Shown here: positions 11,401-20,400 of the stretch, piece by piece
How the letters are laid out: each line of letters begins with the position of its first letter
Numbering within the stretch: the first letter of the stretch is position 1
Source: an uncultured Clostridia bacterium
GTDB lineage: Bacteria > Bacillota > Clostridia > Christensenellales > UBA1242
Direction of reading: 5' to 3'
Length of the DNA stretch: 64,000 nt
Assembly: GCA_947062475.1 (NCBI GenBank)
Contig: CAMSQA010000005.1
Span: 2,013-66,012, forward strand
Made by a program: the position numbers and the translations under genes
The notes under the pieces: generated by a model
Seen by the model: the letters and a program-made list of their open reading frames with translations, nothing else
Databases searched by the model: none
What the model was told of the DNA's origin: nothing

Positions 11401-14400
11401 ATATCAAACCTTAAAAATTATTCTTATGCAGGCGGAGTGATTGGCTTTGTAGATAATTATCGTGTAAATCTTCCATCATTTGATATCAATCAAGCAGAGA
11501 ATTTCAATATCAAAAATGTCAGAGTAAACGGAACTGTTTATATTGAAGGTCAGGTTGTCGGTGGAGTGTTCGGTCTTGCTGGCTATCAAACAATCATCCG
11601 TGATGTTGGAATTACAATAGATGGCAAATCAAATTCTCATATTATTGCCACAAAATATTTTGCAGGCGGTGTAATTGGTCAGGCATTTGGATCTTTAAAC
11701 AGAATTTTTGCCGTTCATGATCAAGAAACACAAGATAATATTGAAAATAATATTGCTAAATTCTATCAAGGTGACAACTCAGCTCCTCGTGGAATACTCG
11801 ACCTTTTCAATCTGGAAGGGAAAAATTATACTCAAAGATATATTGGTGGTCTTGTGGGTGTTGCTTACAGTGGAAGTATGGTTATATCCTATTCAAAACT
11901 CAATGCAACCTCACCAACAGCAGATTATGCAGGTGGAATTGTTGGAGGACTAAAACTTCAAGACACCTCTCCATATCAAATTAACGTTTATGAAAATACA
12001 GATTATTACACAAAATATTATATGAATGAAGTCTATGCAATTGGCGATGTCAGAGCGAGAAATGTCACAGCTGATCATGAAAACGATCTCACTTATGCAG
12101 GTGGAATTGTTGGACAGATTTATGGTGAAGCTTCAAGAGTCGTTATGATGTCAGTAAATGCTTTTAATTTTATTACAACTTACAATTATCAGACAAAGAC
12201 ATATAATTCAGAGCCAATTAAATCAACAAATATTTCTCAGATTTATCGAATCAACTCATTAGTCGGTCATTTTGTGAAATTAAATAAAGATAATGAAAAG
12301 GTGGTTGATAATGTTGTTGAAAGAGATGCTGACGGCGAGATCAAAATTGGAAATTATAACTCATATATTATTCTTGTAAAATTTTACGATACTTCAGGTG
12401 AGCAAATAGAAGAAAAATATATACCTTCAATTGGGGTATATGACAGTTATTATCGAAATGTAAATGGAAAACCCGTTTCATTAAATTTATTTGGCAAGTC
12501 AGAGCTGTTTGATGCTAGAGAAGTTTTTGAAAAAGAAGGACTTGGTGAAGAATTCTATTTTATCGAATCACCACGTTCTTATGAGACTTCTGCCATAGGA
12601 CATCAATATACAAGCACAGGTTTCTTAAATTCTGATGTTTGGAATATTGCGAATTGGGAACATGATACAAACAAACTTTTCCCTACAATCAAATATAAAC
12701 GCTCAAGCGACATTCTATATCTTGATCAATATAATGTAGAAGAGATTTTTAGAAAAATGCAAGGCTCAAATGCCACCGTTTATCTTCGTGGTCGTGAATC
12801 GAAGGGAAGCGAAGTTTATGGTGATATTGATTTAAGAAAAGAGCTATATAACTTGGGTAAAGATATAAAAATAAATTCTTTCGCAGGAAAACTTGTAGGT
12901 GGAAAATATTTCAACCCAGATAAAAGCCCTGTAAAGATAATTTCAGATCGAAACTTCATTTCGTCTGTTGCAACAGGTTTCAAAGTCGAAGATGTGGAAA
13001 TAATATATGACGCTGGTCAATCGAAAACAGAAATTGAAGTTTCGACAGAAAGTAATGCTGGTATGGGATTGTTTATTTCAGGTCAAATGGAAGGTGCTGA
13101 AATTGATAAACTGACTTTAACTATCAATTCTCCTGTTGTTTTCAAAGTTTCTCCAGCGAAAAACAAGGTTGACAATATCGGTCTTGTTGCAGCAAATATT
13201 TTGGATTCAGAAATTTCTAAGTTGAAAATACAGTCTGGCATTACTAATCCGACATCTGCACTTATGCAAATAAACTCGACAGATAATGAAAAAAACAACG
13301 ACACTTTGTATGCTGGATTAATTGCAGGAAAGGTTGAACTTTCGGACACAGCTTTATCAAGCAGAAACATCAAAATAGAAGATATAGAATTTTCTTGCGA
13401 TATTATGTCAGTAAATATGACTTATGAAAATTATTGCGTGGGCACTTACTTTGGTATAGCTCAAAGAAGAATACCATCATTAAATTTAAATATTTACTTA
13501 GGCTCTATTAAAAAAGCAAATATAATTAGTGGTGCAGAAAAATTATCAAATCCTCAAATTTATATTAAAGGTAATCAAGAAGCCAAAATAATTAGTGTTG
13601 GGGGATATATTGGTAGAATTGCTACTGAGAGTTCAAATGATAATCCAAGCATTCTCCCTATCAGCAGTATTTTAGTCAATGGTGAAGAACCTATCAGCAC
13701 TGCGATAAACATAAAGATAGGAGACTCCACAAATCCTTCAATTGAAACTTTAAATATTGGTGGAATTTTTGGTGAAAATTATGGAAGCAACGATTTATCT
13801 TTCAATGCATCAAATTGCACAATGGATGTTTCATTATTTGCAAATGCAAAGTTCAAAACTATCAGTGCTGGCGGACTTGTAGGATTTCAAAAAGGAAAAC
13901 TGAGTGTAACTGGGTATAGTCAAATTGATTTTGGTGCTATTTGCCAAAACGACAATGAGGCAAATACAAAATTTAAAACAAATAAAGATAGTTTTGACAG
14001 CGGAAAATATTTAAAAAATAATGAAAAAGAGATAAAGTCAATTGTTGCAACAAATGCTTATATTGGAGGTGTAGTAGGTTATTCAAACGCACAGCTTAAT
14101 ATAGAAAGCAATAATTTGATAATAAATCCAATTGATAATGATAGTAAGGTAAATAGAATAAGTGTAAATGCTTCTGAAAAATCATACTTAGGCTCAGTTG
14201 TTGGTTATTCTGAAAATTCAAATCTTACCATAAAAGCACGTATAAAAACAAATACCGAATTTGTTGCTGATAATTCAAGTTCTGAAGTTCAATCAAATTC
14301 CAAAAACAGTGAGTCATCGTATATCATTGGTGGAATTGTAGGTTTTATTGCAAATGGAAAAGATAATAATCAAAGCAACCAAATTACTCAACAAATAGGT

Positions 14401-17400
14401 GCAGAAGGCAATAATCTAATCAGATTTGATGGAGCGGTTTATTCAAAAGTGAATAATTTGTTGTTTGGTGGAATTGTAGGAAAAGTTTCTTTTGCTAATG
14501 AAAATGATAAATTAGAAATCCAAAATTCTTCTTTTGGAGGCGTTGCCAAGATATTTGATATTAATAAGAACATGAAAGTGACAACAGGTGGTTCAATCGG
14601 TTCAATCGATTCAATCGGTTCAATCGGTTCAGTAGGTGGCAGATTAGTAAATCTTACACTTACAAACAGTTACAACTATGGTGATATTTTTGTTGAATAT
14701 AAAGATGAAAACAAATTAAATGCTTACACCTTTGGAGGTCTGCTTGGTGAAATTGCAACTAATGTTGGATATAACATTAATTCAAACTATTCAATTGCAA
14801 CATCTCATAATGCAAAAAATTCAACAACAACATATAATGTAAATGCTTTATTTGGGCAAGGAATAGTTAAAGAAGAAACAAAAGGAATAGTTAAAGAAGA
14901 AACAAGTAATTATTACAATCATGCTGTTGCTCTTGCAAACGATCAATTTGGCATAGATATGGCATACAAATCACAAAGTGGCTTTGCTGGATATGAAAAT
15001 TCCACAAAGGAAGATAATATTCTCAATGTAATTGCTAAGAAAATTAATGATCAATCTATCAGCAAGCTTTATCCTGGCACAGTAAACGAGGACGGAAGTT
15101 TAAAAATTTATTCTTATAATATAAACGGAACTTCATATGACTCGAAACCACTTAATGGTATGAGATACTTTGCTTTGGGCAGCAATTATAGCGTTCAAAT
15201 AAAAGATGGTGAAAAAACTGATCTAAAAAATGTGGCAATTATTGGTGATGCTCAAAACATAAAATATAGCAACAGCAATAGTCAGTATTCAGCAATGTTT
15301 AAGTCAATTTCAGGCTATTCTTATATTTCAGGTATAGCGCTTGAAGTTGATGTGGCTTATGAAGATAATAATAATCTTTTAAACGTAGCTCCACTTGTTG
15401 AAGAAATGTATGAAAACAGCATTGTCTATGCAGTCAATGTGAGAGGAACATTTGATGTAGGTGGAAATATTGCTCGTAATGTTTCAGGTATTGTAGGCAC
15501 TCTATATTCAGGAAAGATTTTTGACTCTTCAACCGATCTTGACATTACTTATAGGGCAGGCATAAAAAAGAATGAAAATAATAATGTAACTTATGGAAAT
15601 GTTTACGGTTTTGCTAATGCTAAGGATGGAAGCAGTCAAGCAATTGGAAAACTCATTGAAAACACATTTACTTCAGGAAGCATAAAAACCTTGATATCGG
15701 CAAATGTTTATGCGTTTACCAATGCAATAGACAAAACCGAAATAAACAATAGTTATACAATCACAAAACTTGATTTGCATGACTATACAAGATCTGATGA
15801 TATAAATCAAGGCATAAAAGGCATATTTGGAGCAAATGGAACGACTAAAAATTGTTATGCTGACTATGATGCATTAAACTTTACCAACAGCATAATTGGA
15901 AATGATAAAGCAACAGCAATAAATCATTCTACTTTTAAAGATAAATTTACAGATATTTGGACTTCAGACTATAATTTCAACTATGGCTATCCAACCCTTA
16001 AATATCAATACTTGAAAAATTCATCATATGCTATCCTCTCTGCTTCTCAAAGCAAACTTCAAAGATTGCAAGAGGAAAAGAGAGCATACAACAAAAAGGA
16101 TGAAAACAAATATAGTGGCAACGATAGTATTCTTTATGACAATTATGTAATAGAAAATGAGTATACACGCTTGGCAAATGGTGTCACACCTGAAGACGAT
16201 AAGCAGGCTCAAGAGAAAATTTCTATTAATAATAAAGAAGTGGTTAAGTCATATTACTTCATGATTCCAAATCTTGGCGTACTTGCAAATATCAATAATA
16301 TAATTTGTGAGACGGATACAAATGGAAATTCAATCGGAAATGGTTTGACTAAGAATTTTATCCTTCGATATGATATTGATGTAAACAATATAGTAAAAGA
16401 ACATACAGAATATCCTATAACAACAAATGAATATCCTATAACAACAAATAATTTATTGTCTGCTTTTACAGGCGTATTTGATGGTCAGGGCAAAACTATC
16501 AAAGGTTTGACAATGCCTTTGTTTGAAAGCATTGTAGGTGATAGAGATGTCAATTCTATAACAAAAGGTATTGTACGAAATCTTCGTTTGACTGAGGCAA
16601 ATTTAGGAAATTCCTTGCTTGCAAATTCAATAACCAACGCTTTGATTTCAAGCATGACTATTTCAGGTGATTTGAAACTTGAAAACAGAGGTCAATTTAT
16701 CGGTGGACTTGCAAACACAGTTGAAGGCTCTGAAATCAATACTTTGACAAATATGCTTAATATAGATATTTCAGCAGGAAAGGATACTGTAGCAGGCGGA
16801 CTTGTTGGGCAGTTGACAAATTCAAACATTTTGTTTAGCTCAAATTATGGCCCTATCAATGCAAGAGTCACAGATGGCAAAACCCTGACTTTAGGTGGTC
16901 TTGTAGGTGAAGTTTCTGGCAAGTCACAAATAAATTACAGCTACAATGCGACTTCTGTGCTTGGAAACTATGCAACAAATTCACAAGTTCAGACAACAAA
17001 AGGAACTTTCATCACTGGTGGCCTTGTAGGAAAGCTTAATGAAGGTGAAGGGGACAACGTTGGCATTATTTCAAACAGCTACAACTCTGGTATGGTAAAA
17101 TCAGGCAATAAATCAAACGACAATAAATCATATGCAGGCGGAATAGTTGGATATATTAAAGGTGGCAGCGTAACCAATTGCTATAATGAAGGCACTGTTG
17201 AGGCACTAGCAACAAATCCAAAAACAGAATGGCGAGGTATTCCAAGTAGTTATAACTTTGGAACGACATCAGGTGGCAAAATCACTATAGGCGGACAGGA
17301 AGTTTTGAAGCTTGTCCAGACTTCAGCAAGAAATGTTTATGCTTATGGTATTGGCTATAATGGAGCAACTGAAGTTGCTATTCAAAATAGCACATTAAGA

Positions 17401-20400
17401 TTGGTTAATAATAAAGACGAAACAACAATCATCAGCAATGGTTCAGCTTTGGATAGCGGAACAGAAATCTATAAAATTTCTTGGAATGATATTTTTACAA
17501 GTGAGCAATTAAAAAATCATTATTATGATTGGGAAAAAGGTCTCTATACAAATCATACTTATACTGGTTATGCAGGTTCTATCGTTATGATAGAAAAATT
17601 TGATTTCTACAAAACATTGACTGGCATTTCAATCAATGCAACTTCCTTAGATTGGTTGGGAGTGCCTCGATCTTATGTAATCACGTTTGAATCAGACTAT
17701 AGGTCAGATGTATTTAGATCTTATCCAGACTTATGGAGAAACAAAGGAACTCTTGCTTCGTTAGCGACGAGAGTGCAAGCTTATATTGACAAGAATATGA
17801 TAGAATATGGTAATGGCGTGTCACATACATATGTCAACAGTGTTAATACAAAAGGGGAAGTGTCTTGGAAAAAACCGGAAAACTATCGAACAAATGCAAC
17901 TGATAGTTATAACGGGGACAAAGACTACGGATTAAACACATGGGCTTCAATACCAAGCCAACGTCTGACTTATGCAGGTTTAACTAGTAAAGATGTAGGT
18001 AATGATAAACTGGATACTTTCTTTGGGGGGCATATTCAGACTTCTTATGACAAACAAATTTATGAAAGCGATGCCGATAAAATCTCAAATAAATATGATA
18101 AAGAAGCTTGTTCTGTTTTATATAAAAATGAAGAAGCTATAAAGAAAGCTTGCAGAAGTCAAGAGGTGGATGCAACAAATCTTGATGATATGGTGAAGAT
18201 AAATGGTGTGATTTACCGTTATGCAAGTTCAAACAATATGAAATCGATTTTTGAACAAGGAATTGTCAAAGAATCAACAACTATTGAAACTGAATTGCCA
18301 TATAATTCAAATTTAGGCTGTTATCAAATTGAGACAACTAATCCAAACATTGGTGCGATAATCACAGATGTAGAGAATAATAATGGAAATGCAATACTTA
18401 CCATTGAGTATTATACAACAAGCGAAAATGTAAAAAATGGTGATATTTCAACTTATTTTAATATTACTTTTAATTATTATCAAGAAATAACGTTAGACTT
18501 GTCTAATATCAAATATTTCTACAAAGATGACTATTCTGTAGGTATCGAAATAGCAAGATTAAATTATGATATTATGCAAGGATACAGCCTCACTTATGGA
18601 GAAAATAATGTAGTAGGAAATGTCATCAGAATTTCAAAAACAAAATATGACACATTTGACGAACCTTTAAAAAATGATCATGAAAATTTCTTATATCTCT
18701 TCTGTGACACAGATGAAAATGGTAGAATTATTAAGGACAGATATGTATTTGCCCCTAATGCAAAATTGAAAACACCACTTTCACCAGATAATCTTGCTTT
18801 AGAAGTGAATAAGAGTGAAACAAATTTGACTGGTGGAGAAAACTTTGCGGATGATGTAAAAAATGTTATAGGTGAAATTAGTCAAAACACTTATTATTCA
18901 AGATTTATCAAATCAAATGAATATTATCAATGCTTTGAAAAAGGATTTAATAGTGATGGCGATTATGAAAATTTTGATATTTCAATAAATGCCGATTCAT
19001 CAGGACAAATTTATGAAGAAAAAGAGAATATCATTGTTAGTGGAACAGGGGCAAATATTAGTCTAATTATAAATGGAAGAAGTGGCAAATATGTAAAAAT
19101 TACATATAAAAATACAGATGGTCAATCAGTAGAAAAGTCATTTTTGGTCACTGGGACAACGATGACTAATATTGATAATTTAACTTTGAATAATCCTTCA
19201 TTACATTTTGAATTTTTTGCAACATACAAATCTCAATCGATAAGCATTAATGAATCTTTTGATTATAATTTAGTATTACAAGATGAGGACGGCGTAATAT
19301 ATTATATAAATGCTGTTGTAAATCCAACTGGTGAATTTAATGAGGATAAAACTATATCTTCAACAACTGATATAAATTTTGTTTATAGAAAATTTGGAAA
19401 TGGTGAAAATGCTAAATGGATTTCTGTCGAATGCTCAGAGGAAGACTTTGAGGAGGGTGCAGAAGAAAATAGAAAAGAGGGTATATACAAAAATTACGAC
19501 TATTTTGTCGATGATAACTTCTCGGTTTTAAGAAAAAGAGAAAAATATTATTACCAAGATGGTGCTTTAGAATATGATTCAAGCCAGTATATCGTTTATT
19601 ATGATGAAAAAGGGTTGATGATAGAATCTAATGAAGAAGATGGTGAAGGTAAAATCCTTGATTATACTGGAAAAGAGATCGGTGACGAAGTCTTAAATGA
19701 AGTTTATTTCCCTGTATATGGTATTTTAGGTCAAATAATAAAAGGTTCAGCATTAATAGAAATAGTTAAAGATGTAAAAAATCTCCCTAATTTAGAAAAA
19801 TTTAAGGATATGTTTACTATCTACAATTATGATGTAAATGGACAAGAATATCAGCATTATCTCTTTATCAATAAACCTTATTCTGTTTTGAACAATGATA
19901 CTTTTATATTGGACGAAGGAACGGATGATGAGAGTATTTTGTGGGATTATAAAACTATGGTAAATGTTGATACAATTGAATTTTCTGAGTTTAAAATGCC
20001 AGAATATCAGACAACAAGTTTTGAATTGGTATATCCTAACATGACATTCCCAGTTGATTCAGAAATTCAAGGAGAAGATTTCTTAAATGATTTATGTAAG
20101 TTTACAATTTCTGATAATAAGAATTATGAAATCTATCTAAAAAATAATTTGGATGGAAGGGAAGGTTTTGTGGCTCAATATAACACAACATATACATCAG
20201 ATGCTTTTACAATAGAGCAAACAGAGTCAGAAACAATGTCGCATGTAATCTTAAATCGCGATATCTCAATGTTGAGTTCAGGTTTAATTAAACATGGAGA
20301 TTTAAATATAATAGGAAATGGATATTATCTTTCATATTTTGATTCAGGTTTATTTAAAATTCAAAACGGAGAAAAAGGAGCATATGTAAACAATATAAAT

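Noticed and set aside
14590-14634. GGTTCAATC repeats considered as a possible CRISPR array or tRNA T-arm remnant.
   Set aside because: The units are 9 bp with no spacers, are in frame within the giant ORF, and encode GSI repeats.
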